DNA from: Eledone cirrhosa
Taxonomy: Eukaryota
Direction: 5' to 3'
DNA length: 64,000 bases
Assembly: GCA_964016885.1 (NCBI GenBank)
Contig: OZ024749.1
Span: 36,146,001-36,210,000 of the forward strand
The notes below the pieces were generated by a model. It saw only the letters and a program-made list of their open reading frames with translations, had not been told where the DNA came from and ran no database searches. The translations under genes were made by a program, and so were the position numbers. This document shows, one piece after another, positions 51,501 to 64,000 of the stretch (position 1 is the stretch's first letter; each line of letters begins with the position of its first letter).

Positions 51501-54500
51501 TTTTATATCTGTAAGGTAACACTGTTTTATATCTGTAAGGTAACACTGTTTTATATCTGTAAGGTAACACTGTTTTATATCTGTAAGGTAACACAGTTTT
51601 ATACCTGCAAGGTAACACAGTTTTATACCTGCAAGGTAACACAGTTTTATACCTGCAAGGTAACACTGTTTTATACCTGTAAGGTAACACAGTTTTATAC
51701 CTGTAACGTAACACAGTTTTATACCTGCAAGGTAACACTGTTTTATACCTGTAAGGTAACACAGTTTTATACCTGCAAAGTAACACTGTTTTATACCTGC
51801 AAGGTAACACTGTTTTATATCTGCAAGGTAACACTGTTTTATACCTGCAAGGTAACACTGTTTTATACCTGCAAGGTAACACTGTTTTATACCTGTAAGG
51901 TAACACTGTTTTATACCTGTAAGGTAACACGGTTTTATACCTGTAAGGTAACACTGTTTTATACCTGTGAGGTAACACTGTTTTATACCTGTAAGGTAAC
52001 ACTGTTTTATACCTGTAAGGTAACACTGTTTTATACCTGTAAGGTAACTGTTTTATACCTGCAAGGTAACAGTTTTATACCTGTAAGGTAACAGTTTTAT
52101 ACCTGTAAGGTAACACTGTTTTATACCTGTAAGGTAACACTGTTTTATACCTGTAAGGTAACACTGTTTTATACCTGCAAGGTAACAGTTTTATACCTGT
52201 AAGGTAACACTGGTTTATATCTGTAAGGTAACTGTTTTATACCTGTAAGGTAACACAGTTTTATACCTGTAAGGTAACAGTTTTATACCTATAAGGTAAC
52301 ACTGTTTTATACCTGTAAGGTAACACTGTTTTATACCTGTAAGGTAACACTGTTTTATACCTGTAAGGTAACACAGTTTTATACCTGCAAGATAACAGTT
52401 TTATACCTGCAAGATAAGTTTTATACCTGTAAGGTAACACTGTTTTATATCTGTAAGGGTAACACTGTTTTATACCTGTAAGGTAACTGTTTTATACCTG
52501 TAAGGTAACACTGTTTTATACCTGTAAGGTAACACTGTTTTTTACCTGTAAGGTAACACTGTTTTATACCTGTAAGGTAACACAGTTTTATACCTGTAAG
52601 GTAACACAGTTTTATACCTGCAAAGTAACACTGTTTTATATCTGCAAGGTAACACTCTTTTATACCTGCAAGGTAACACTCTTTTATACCTGCAAGGTAA
52701 CACTGTTTTATACCTGTAAGGTAACACTGTTTTATACCTGTAAGGTAACACTGTTTTATACCTGTAAGGTAACACTGTTTTATACCTGTAAGGTAACACT
52801 GTTTTATACCTGTAAGGTAACACTGTTTTATACCTGTAAGGTAACACTGTTTTATACCTGTAAGGTAACACAGTTTTATACCTGCAAGATAACAGTTTTA
52901 TACCTGCAAGGTAACAGTTTTATACCTGTAAGGTAACACTGTTTTATATCTGTAAGGGTAACACTGTTTTATACCTGTAAGGTAACACTGTTTTATACCT
53001 GTAAGGTAACACTGTTTTATACCTGTAAGGTAACACTGTTTTATACCTGTAAGGTAACACTGTTTTATACCTGTAAGGTAACACAGTTTTATACCTGTAA
53101 GGTAACACAGTTTTATACCTGCAAAGTAACACTGTTTTATATCTGCAAGGTAACACTCTTTTATACCTGCAAGGTAACACTCTTTTATACCTGCAAGGTA
53201 ACACTCTTTTATACCTGCAAGGTAACAGTTTTATACCTGTAAGGTAACACTGTTTTATACCTGTAAGGTAACACTGTTTTATACCTGTAAGGTAACACTG
53301 TTTTATACCTGTAAGGTAACACTGTTTTATACCTGTAAGGTAACACTGTTTTATACCTGTAAGGTAACACAGTTTTATACCTGTAAGGTAACACTCTTTT
53401 ATATCTGTAAGGGTAACACTCTTTTATATCTGTAAGGGTAACACTGTTTTATACCTGCAAGGTAACACTGTTTTATACCTGTAAGGTAACACAGTTTTAT
53501 GCCTGTAAGGTAACACTGTTTTATATCTGCAAGGTAACACTCTTTTATACCTGCAAGGTAACACTGTTTTATACCTGTAAGGTAACACTGTTTTATACCT
53601 GTAAGGTAACAGTTTTATACCTGTAAGGTAACACAGTTTTATACCTGTAAGGTAACACAGTTTTATACCTGTAAGGTAACACAGTTTTATACCTGTAAGG
53701 TAACACAATTTTATACCTGTAAGGTTAAACAGTTTTATACCTGTAAGGTAACACAGTTTTATACCTGTAAGGTAACACAGTTTTATACCTGTAAGGTAAC
53801 ACTGTTTTATACCTGTAAGGTAACACTGTTTTATATCTGCAAGGTAACACTCTTTTATACCTGCAAGGTAACACAGTTTTATACCTGTAAGGTAACACAG
53901 TTTTATACCTGTAAGGTAACACAGTTTTATACCTGTAAGGTAGCACAGTTTTATACCTGTAAGGTAGCACAGTTTTATACCTGTAAGGTAACACAGTTTT
54001 ATACCTGTAAGGTAACACAGTTTTATACCTGTAAGGTAACAGTTTTATACCTGTAAGGTAACAGTTTTATACCTGTAAGGTAACAGTTTTATACCTGTAA
54101 GGTAACAGTTTTATACCTGTAAGGTAACAGTTTTATACCTGTAAGGTAAGTTTTATACCTGTAAGGTAACACTGTTTTATACCTGTAAGGTAAGTCTTAT
54201 ACCTGTAAGGTAACACAGTTTTATACCTGTAAGGTAACACAGTTTTATACCTGTAAGGTAACACTGTTTTATATCTGTAAGGTAACACTGTTTTATATCT
54301 GTAAGGTAACACTGTTTTATATCTGTAAGGTAACACTGTTTTATACCTGTAAGGTAACACAGTTTTATACCTGTAAGGTAACACAGTTTTATACCTGTAA
54401 GGTAACACAGTTTTATACCTGTAAGGTAACACAGTTTTATACCTGTAAGGGTAACACAGTTTTATATCTGTAAGGTAACACAGTTTTATATCTGTAAGGT

Positions 54501-57500
54501 AACAAATTTTTATATCTGTAAGGTAACACAGTTTTATATCTGTAAGGTAACACAGTTTTATACCTGTAAGGTAACACAGTCTAATACCTGTAAGGTCACA
54601 CTGTTTTATACCTGTAAGGTAACAGTTTTATACCTGTAAGGTAACAGTTTTATACCTGTATGGTAACACTGTTTTATACCTGTAAGGTAACAGTTTTATA
54701 CCTGTAAGGTAACACTGTTTTATATCTGTAAGGTAACACTGTTTTATATCTGTAAGGTAACACTGTTTTATATCTGTAAGGTAACACTGTTTTATATCTG
54801 TAAGGTAACACTGTTTTATACCTGTAAGGTAACAGTTTTATACCTGTAAGGTAACACAGTTTTATACCTGTAAGGTAACACAGTTTTATACCTGTAAGGT
54901 AACACAGTTTTATACCTGTAAGGTAACACAGTTTTATACCTGTAAGGTAACACAGTCTTATACCTGTAAGGTAACACAGTTTTATACCTGTAAGGTAACA
55001 GTTTTATACCTGTAAGGTAACACTGTTTTATACCTGTAAGGTAACACTGTTTTATATCTGTAAGGTAACACTGTTTTATATCTGTAAGGTAAAACTGTTT
55101 TATACCTGTAAGGTAACACAGTTTTATACCTGTAAGGTAACACAGTTTTATACCTGTAAGGTAACACAGTTTTATACCTGTAAGGTAACACAGTTTTATA
55201 CCTGTAAGGTAACACAGTTTTATACCTGTAAGGTAACACTGTTTTATACCTGCAAGGTAACACTGTTTTATACCTGCAAGGTAACAGTTTTATACCTGTA
55301 AGGTAACACTGTTTTATATCTGTAAGGGTAACACTGTTTTATATCTGTAAGGGTAACACTGTTTTATATCTGTAAGGGTAACACTGTTTTATACCTGTAA
55401 GGGTAACACTGTCTTATACCTGTAAGGTAACACTGTTTTATACCTGTAAGGTAACACTGTTTTATACCTTTAAGGTAACACTGTTTTATACCTGCAAGGT
55501 AACACTGTTTTATACCTGCAAGGTAACACTGTTTTATACCTGTAAATGTAACACAGTTTTATACCTGTAAGGTAACACTGTTTTATACCTGTAAGGTAAC
55601 ACTGTTTTATACCTGTAAGGTAACACTGTTTTATACCTGTAAGGTAACACAGTTTTATACCTGTAAGGGTAACACTGTTTTATACCTGTAAGGGGAACAC
55701 TGTTTTATATCTGTAAGGTAACACAGTTTTATATCTGTAAGGTAACACAGTTTTATATCTGTAAGGTAACACAGTTTTATATCTGTAAGGTAACACAGTT
55801 TTATACCTGTAAGGTAACACAGTTTTATACCTGCAAGGTAACACAGTTTTATACCTGCAAGGTAACACAGTTTTATACCTGCAAGGTAACACAGTTTTAT
55901 ACCTGTAAGTTAACACAGTTTTATACCTGTAAGGTAACACAGTTTTATACCTGTAAGGTAACACAGTTTTATACCTGTAAGGTAACACAGTTTTATACCT
56001 GTAAGGTAACACTGTTTTATACCTGCAAGGTAACACTGTTTTATACCTGTAAGGTAACACTGTTTTATATCTGTAAGGGTAACACTGTTTTATATCTGTA
56101 AGGGTAACACTGTTTTATATCTGTAAGGGTAACACTGTTTTATACCTGTAAGGGTAACACTGTTTTATACCTGTAAGGGTAACACTGTTTTATACCTGTA
56201 AGGTAACACTGTTTTATACCTGTAAGGTAACACAGTTTTATACCTGTAAGGGTAACACTGTTTTATACCTGTAAGGGGAACACTGTTTTATATCTGTAAG
56301 GTAACAGTTTTATATCTGTAAGGTAACACAGTTTTATATCTGTAAGGTAACACTGTTTTATATCTGTAAGGGTAACACTGTTTTATATCTGTAAGGGTAA
56401 CACTGTTTTATACCTGTAAGGGTAACACTGTTTTATACCTGTAAGGGTAACACTGTTTTATACCTGTAAGGTAACACTGTTTTATACCTTTAAGGTAACA
56501 CTGTTTTATACCTTTAAGGTAACACTGTTTTATACCTGCAAGGTAACACTGTTTTATACCTGCAAGGTAACACTGTTTTATACCTGTAAGGTAACACAGT
56601 TTTATACCTGCAAGGTAACACTGTTTTATACCTGTAAGGTAACACTGTTTTATACCCGTAAGGTAACACAGTTTTATACCTGTAAGGGTAACACAGTTTT
56701 ATACCTGTAAGGGTAACACTGTTTTATACCTGTAAGGGGAACACTGTTTTATATCTGTAAGGTAACACAGTTTTATATCTGTAAGGTAACACAGTTTTAT
56801 ATCTGTAAGGTAACACAGTTTTATATCTGTAAGGTAACACAGTTTTATACCTGCAAGGTAACACTGTTTTATACCTGCAAGGTAACACAGTTTTATACCT
56901 GTAAGGTAACACAGTTTTATACCTGTATGGTAACACTGTTTTATACCTGTAAGGTAACACTGTTTTATACCTGTAAGGTAACAGTTTTATACCTGTAAGG
57001 TAACACAGTTTTATACCTGTAAGGTAACACAGTTTTATACCTGTAAGGTAACACAGTTTTATACCTGTAAGGTAACACAGTTTTATACCTGTAAGGTAAC
57101 ACAGTTTTATACCTGTAAGGTAACACAGTTTTATACCTGTAAGGTAACACCGTTTTATACCTGTAAGGTAACACAGTTTTATACCTGCAAGGTAACACTG
57201 TTTTATATCTGTAAGGTAACAGTTTTATACCTGTAAGGTAACACAGTTTTATACCCGTGAGGTAACAGTTTTATGCCTGTAAGGTAACACAGTATTACAC
57301 CTGTAAGGTAACACAGTATTAGACCTGTAAGGTAACACAGTATTACACCTGTAAGGTAACACAGTATTACACCTGTAAGGTAACACAGTTTTATACCTGT
57401 AAGGTAACAGTTTTATACCTGTAAGGTAAGTTTTATACCTGTAAGGTAACAGTTTTATACCTGTAAGGTAACAGTTTTATACCTGTAAGGTAACAGTTTT

Positions 57501-60012
57501 ATACCTGTAAGGTAACACTGTTTTATACCTGTAAGGTAACACTGTTTTATACCTGTAAGGTAACACAGTCTTATACCTGTAAGGTAACACTGTTTTATAC
57601 CTGTAAGGTAACACTGTTTTATACCTGTAAGGTAACACTGTTTTATACCTGCAAGGTAACACTGTTTTATACCTGCAAGGTAACACTGTTTTATACCTGC
57701 AAGGTAACACTGTTTTATACCTGTAAGGTAACACAGTTTTATACCTGTAAGGTAACACAGTTTTATACCTGTAAGGGTAACAGTTTTATATCTGTAAGGT
57801 AACGCAGTTTTATATCTGTAAGGTAACACAGTTTTATACCTGTAAGGTAACACAGTCTAATACCTGTAAGGTCACACTGTTTTATACCTGTAAGGTCACA
57901 CTGTTTTATGCCTGTAAGGTAACACAGTTTTATACCTGTAAGGTAACACAGTTTTATACCTGTAAGGTAAAACTGTTTTATACCTGTAAGGTAACACAGT
58001 TTTATACCTGTAAGGTAACACTGTTTTATACCTGTAAGGTAACAGTTTTATATCTGTAAGGTAACACTGTTTTATACCTGTAAGGTAACACTGTTTTATA
58101 CCTGTAAGGTAACAGTTTTATACCTGTAAGGTAACACAGTTTTATACCTGTAAGGTAACACAGTCTTATACCTGTAAGGTAACACAGTTTTATACCTGTA
58201 AGGTAACACTGTTTTATACCTGTAAGGTAACACTGTTTTATATCTGTAAGGTAACACTGTTTTATATCTGTAAGGTAACACTGTTTTATATCTGTAAGGT
58301 AACACTGTTTTATATCTGTAAGGTAACACTGTTTTATACCTGTAAGGTAACACTGTTTTATACCTGTAAGGTAACACAGTTTTATACCTGTAAGGTAACA
58401 CAGTTTTATACCTGTAAGGTAACACAGTTTTATACCTGTAAGGTAACACAGTTTTATACCTGCAAGGTAACAGTTTTATACCTGTAAGGTAACAGTTTTA
58501 TACCTGTAAGGTAACACTGTTTTATATCTGTAAGGGTAACACTGTTTTATATCTGTAAGGGTAACACTGTATTATATCTGTAAGGGTAACACTGTTTTAT
58601 ACCTGTAAGGTAACACTGTTTTATACCTGTAAGGTAACACTGTTTTATACCTGTAAGGTAACACTGTTTTATACCTGTAAGGTAACACTGTTTTATACCT
58701 GTAAGGTAACACTGTTTTATACCTTTAAGGTAACACTGTTTTATACCTGCAAAGTAACACTGTTTTATACCTGCAAGGTAACACTGTTTTATACCTGCAA
58801 GGTAACACAGTTTTATACCTGTAAGGTAACACAGTTTTATACCTGCAAGGTAACACTGTTTTATACCTGTAAGGTAACACAGTTTTATACCTGTAAGGGT
58901 AACACTGTTTTATACCTGTAAGGGGAACACTGTTTTATACCTGTAAGGGGAACACTGTTTTATATCTGTAAGGTAACACAGTTTTATATCTGTAAGGTAA
59001 CACAGTTTTATATCTGTAAGGTAACACAGTTTTATACCTGTAAGGTAACACAGTTTTATACCTGTAAGGTAACACTGTTTTATACCTGCAAGGTAACACA
59101 GTTTTATACCTTCAAGGTAACACAGTTTTATACCTGTAAGGTAACACAGTTTTATACCTGTAAGGTAACACAGTTTTATACCTGTAAGGTAACACAGTTT
59201 TATACCTGTAAGGTAACACTGTTTTATACCTGTAAGGTAACACTGTTTTATACCTGTAAGGTAACACAGTTTTATACCTGTAAGGTAACACAGTTTTATA
59301 CCTGTAAGGTAACACAGTTTTATACCTGTAAGGTAACACCGTTTTATACCTGTAAGGTAACAGTTTTATACCTGCAAGGTAACACAGTTTTATACCTGTA
59401 AGGTAACACAGTTTTATACCTGTAAGGTAACACTGTTTTATACCTGTAAGGTAACACAGTTTTATACCTGTAAGGTAACACAGTTTTATACCTGTAAGGT
59501 AACACAGTTTTATACCTGTAAGGTAACACAGTTTTATACCTGTAAGGTAACACAGTTTTATACCTGTAAGGTAACACCGTTTTATACCTGTAAGGTAACA
59601 GTTTTATACCTGTAAGGTAACAGTTTTATACCTGCAAGGTAACAGTTTTATACCTGCAAGGTAACACTGTTTTATATCTGTAAGGTAACAGTTTTATACC
59701 TGCAAGGTAACACAGTTTTATGCCTGTAAGGTAACACAGTATTACACCTGTAAGGTAACACAGTATTAGACCTGCAAGGTAACACAGTATTACCCCTGTA
59801 AGGTAACACAGTATTACACCTCTAAGGTAACACAGTATTACACCTCTAATGTAACACAGTATTACACCTCTAAGGTAACACAGTATTATACCTGTAAGGT
59901 AATACAGTATTACACCTGTAAGGTAACACAGTATTACACCTGTAAGGTAACACAGTATTACACCTGTAAGGTAACACAGTATTACACCTCTAAGGTAACA
60001 CGGCATTACACT
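48597..60012. repeat. ~11.4-kb satellite array of a 24-bp unit CTGTAAGGTAACACTGTTTTATAC
   Basis: Roughly 480 tandem units with 22- and 25-bp variants; source of the VLPYRYKT/CKVTLFYT pseudo-ORFs. Confidence 0.98.
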
Positions 60013-62361
60013 TGTGGAATAAATATCATACTTGTGAGGTAAGTCACGTATGTACAGTAACTGACATCTGGAGCAAATTATTAGTGAAATGATGGCAATG
60101 ATGATAATGTTGAGGATGGGGAGGGGAAGAAGATCAATGTAAGAATGTAGTTGAGTGGTAGGAGTAAAACAGGGAGGTGTAGTGGGAGAGACTGTAGTAC
60201 AGGTAACAGGACTTATTGATCACTTATTATGGAGTGGTGGGTGGTTGTAGTAGTGGTTAGGTAGTGTTGTTGTTGTTGTTGTTAGTGGTGGGGTGGTGGT
60301 ACTGTTGGTTGCAGCATAGTAACATACACAACCACCACCACATAGCAACGTACCACCACCATCAACATCCAGGTGTAATATCAACATCAAATGACAGGTG
60401 TACAGACAGCTATTTACATGAGAGAACATGTGGGCACACTCACATGTGTGCATGTGTTATAGTGTGTATGCATGTACTACAAGGTAAACAGATTTTGGTT
60501 TGAACATGTAACTGGTATGGCTTCAATCATACACACACACACATATATACACATACACACACACAGTTCATTAGCTTTGTTGCTTCTGATGAGTGTGCCA
60601 GTTGTTTGAACAGAGCAGCTTGCTCCTGAAATTAGCTTGTATATGGCTGAGCATTTCACAGGCATGTGCACCCTTAATGTTGTTCTCAGGGAGATTCAAT
60701 GTGACAATGCAAGACAAAGCAGGCCCTTTGAATTACAAGTGCAACTCATATTTTGCCAGCAGAATTGACAAGAGCAATGTGAAATAAATTGACTTGCTTA
60801 AGGACACAGCACATTACAACCTTATGAACTTCCTACCCACTATGCCACATGCCATTATGTATACATGCATGCTCATACACACATGTCCCTCATCATCTCT
60901 GCTGGTCTTTAACCCTTTCATTACCATATTTCTAATGAAAGACACTCTATGATTTTCAAATAAATTTGGAAATATTCAAGAATTTGGAGGGATTTTGTAA
61001 TGTAACTAACTTAATCACTATTAAGCTGATGTTTGATACAACTTAACAAAGGTTCTTACTTAAAATTATGATTTAAGACTTTTAGAAGTGTATGAGTTTG
61101 AAATAGTATTGTAGAACCTAGGGTGGTTTGCTATTGACAGTGTTAAGAGTGAGGTTCTTACATAAAATTATGATGAAAGGTTTTTAGACAAATATTAACA
61201 CTTTATAATAAACAATTCTGTATCATAAACCAGTAGTGATTTCAGATGGTTTTGTATGAAAGGGGTTCATAATGAAATAGTAATTTTAGTAAATCTTTTG
61301 AAGTTCTTCATTAATTAGTTGAAATAGAATATATGGCTTAAGAAATATGGTCATGAAAGAGTTAACCATATCAGATAAAAGTCCATTTTCACACTGACCA
61401 TATCATTATTTCCATTGCACTGACCATCTAGTTGATAGAGCTGTAGACTCTACTGAATAAGACAAGTCTCAACAGAGCTTTGTTGACCAATTAAAGTGTT
61501 CCACCTGTTGGTACAGCTAAATGCAACATGGTCACGCAAGGATGGTGATAGATACATAAAATATGCATGAGTATTGTGTCCTTGAGGTTAGGTGGTTTGT
61601 AATAACAGTGGGAAATCTATGGCCATTTATAGCAACTGCTGTAAATAGTGAGATTTAACAGATGTCCAGCTTAGCTTGGTTTAGTGCCAGCCTTCCAATT
61701 GAAGGGTTGTTCGTTCAGATTTTATTACTGTAGAGTGATGGTATGTGGCCTAGTCATCAGGCTGTTAGACTTATGATCCTGAGGTTTTGAGTTTGATTAC
61801 TGGCCAGGGCAGTGCATTGGGTTTTTTAATAAAACACTTCATTTGACATTGCTTTTGATGACAAGCTGGGATCCCTATCATTAAAAAACTTCATTTCACA
61901 TTGCTTTTCATGATAGCCTGGGAGCCCTACTATTAAAGTACTTCATTTCACATTGCTTTACATGATAGACTGGGAGCTCTACCATTAAAACATGTTTCAG
62001 AATCACGCCACTCCATTGATCAAACAACTGAAACACTAGTCACTGGAACTAACAGAAGTTCAACACTATCAAACAGAACAACTTATAATTAGTTCCTAAG
62101 CTAGTTTCATCCAGCAGAAGTTAGTCCAACGTTCACAAATTATAGAAGTTTCTAACATTTATGTTGATAATTTGATGTGATATTTGCACACTTAATTAAA
62201 CCAAATTAAATTTATTTTCAATATTCCTCTTGTATGAAACCGTCCCTGATTTTACAGTAAAAAAAAATTGTTTTATAGTGTTTGTATTTATTTAAAAAAA
62301 AAAACCTTCCATCATAATTTTATATAAGAAACTTTAAGTTATGTTCTGAACACTAGCTTAA

Positions 62362-62559
62362 CTCTTAAGCATTTACATTACTCTATATTTACTATTATAT
62401 ATTCAAGGTAAAGGCTTTACTTCACATAATATCAAAGCTATAAGATTTTGATGTTATTTATTTTGAGAACAATACTTTAACACTGGTGTGAGCGGCTGAT
62501 TTGAACAGAAAGAGGTGAAAAAATTCTGGCCGGATATGGCCGGTTTTAATGCTTAAGGG
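62362..62559. mobile_element. piggyBac-like MITE family D1
   Basis: TTAA-CTCTTAAGCATT...AATGCTTAAGGG-TTAA; interior matches 36611-36808. Confidence 0.8.
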
Positions 62560-62574
62560 TTAATAATGTTTTTA

Positions 62575-62762
62575 AATTTAGGCACAAGGCCAGCAATTCT
62601 GCAAGGATGAGCAAGTCAATTATATTGATCTCAGAACTTGGCTGGTACTTTATTATTTTATCAACTGTGGACAGATGAAAGGCAAAGTTAACCTCGGGAT
62701 TTGAATTCAGAACAAATACTACTGTTTGTCCAACACTCTAACAATTCTACCAATCCGCCATC
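62575..62762 (-). mobile_element. Diverged SINE family A-related copy
   Basis: Reverse-complement match to the core (GATGAAAGGCAAAGTTAACCTCGGGATTTGAATTCAG) and to both ends. Confidence 0.7.
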
Positions 62763-63441
62763 TTACATTAGCTTAATAATGACAAAATTAGTTATATTGC
62801 TAAATCACACAAAATATTTTATTATTTTCTAAATCACTTGAAAACCATCGGCAATGTCTTTTATTAGAAATATGGTAATGAAAGGGTTAAGGGGGCACAC
62901 ATGGCAGAAATTCCTAACATTTAAGTTGATAAGTTGATAATTTGATGTGACATTTGCACTAATTAGAATCAAACTTAATTAAAACTAATATTTATTTCAC
63001 CCCTCACCCTCTCTCAAACACATGAATATCTAGTTCACTTAAGAAGCATTAGGAACATTTAAAATGTAGCCATCCCAATGCTAATGACTGATATAATAAA
63101 TAGTCAATCACTATGAATAATAGTTGAGTATCCTTGAGGGTGGGTCTCTTGTTGGTAATAAGAGAAAACTGGTATCTGCTATCCATATTAAATGAGGCCT
63201 CATATCTCCTCCCATTTTGGGTCAGTTTTCTTTCTTACAGTGTCTAGCTTGCAGTGTTTCTCTTCTTTACAAAACTTCATCTTGCTTTTCTCCACTAGTT
63301 GTGGTCTCTTGCCGTTGTTCATCCTCTTCACCCTCTCCCACTGTATCAGACAGTACTCTAAGCACCTGGTTATGTCATCGTGTATATCTGTTCTTCACTG
63401 TGTTGTTTGCTTTGTTGTTTCCGTTTCCTTTTTACATATAC

Positions 63442-63500
<59 letters not shown>

Positions 63501-63521
63501 CACTGTGTCTGTCTGTTGTAG

Positions 63522-63655
63522 ATATCCAGGAATTTTACGAAGTAACACTTTTAGATGATTCCAAGTCAACACAACAGAAGACTTTGGAAACTTTACAGAT
63601 TGCCAGTAAATGGGAAAAGGAACCACCAATCACAAATAGCCAACCCAAGTTCGAC
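63522..63655 (+). CDS. dlg1: dlg1 next coding exon, end of L27 domain plus linker
   Basis: Acceptor TGTTGTAG, donor GTGAGT, 134 nt. Splices in frame to the previous exon (G|AT = Asp) giving DIQEFYEVTLLDDSKSTQQKTLETLQIASKWEKEPPITNSQPKFD, the DIQEFYEVTLLD motif of Dlg1. Confidence 0.96.
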
Positions 63656-64000
63656 GTGAGTTAACCTTTACTCTTTTTTCTTTCTTATTTTTATCATTGT
63701 TATTGCTAGTTTTTCTTTATTCTTGCAGAAACAAAAACAAAAAAAAACAAACTTGTTGAAAAAAGAACATTTGCAAATTTTCAGTCTTTTGTTTCTGAAT
63801 TATCTTTCTTGTTAAACCACACAACTTCTGATTGGTTGGATTTTACTTCTTCTTCATATCCTGTTGTACCACATGAACCAGCATTCAGATATTCTTGAGA
63901 CGTGTAGAACATTAGGTCTGCATCAAACTCTAACTCTACAAATTTTCGCAACAATCGGTTCATTATGAGTTCAAATCCCGCCGAGGTTGACTTTGCCTTT

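Larger units (their letters stand above)
19567..63521 (+). other. dlg1: dlg1 intron (43,955 bp, GT-AG, phase 1)
   Basis: Lies between two exons that join in frame to give a continuous L27 domain. Confidence 0.88.

Noticed and set aside
48549-60006. Long ORFs (up to 411 aa) of VLPYRYKT/CKVTLFYT repeats
   Set aside because: Artefact of a 24-bp unit lacking stops in some frames; frames break at every indel variant.
63192-63497. 101-aa hydrophobic ORF upstream of the second dlg1 exon
   Set aside because: Pyrimidine-rich intronic sequence running into (TA)n; no recognisable homology.

Overview
AT-rich, microsatellite- and transposon-dense animal DNA. The repeat landscape resembles a cephalopod (Octopus-like) genome, which is an inference. 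The only host coding sequence I can support is two + strand exons of a discs large 1 (dlg1/SAP97) gene (19435-19566 and 63522-63655), together encoding the N-terminal L27 domain and separated by a 43,955-bp intron. Neither exon is in the ORF track, and nearly all listed ORFs are repeat artefacts. The rest consists of tRNA-derived SINEs, RTE, Tx1/L1 and Penelope-like retroelement fragments, mariner/pogo, hAT and piggyBac-like MITEs, many mini/microsatellites and an ~11.4-kb 24-bp satellite. The main unexpected signal is three unrelated inverted-repeat (fold-back) loci at ~6.3-7.4, ~9.05-9.73 and ~44.0-44.85 kb whose arms carry type I hammerhead ribozyme motifs. They have a non-canonical base of stem II and resemble Penelope pseudo-LTR or retrozyme-like elements. 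All folds were done by eye and none has been tested.
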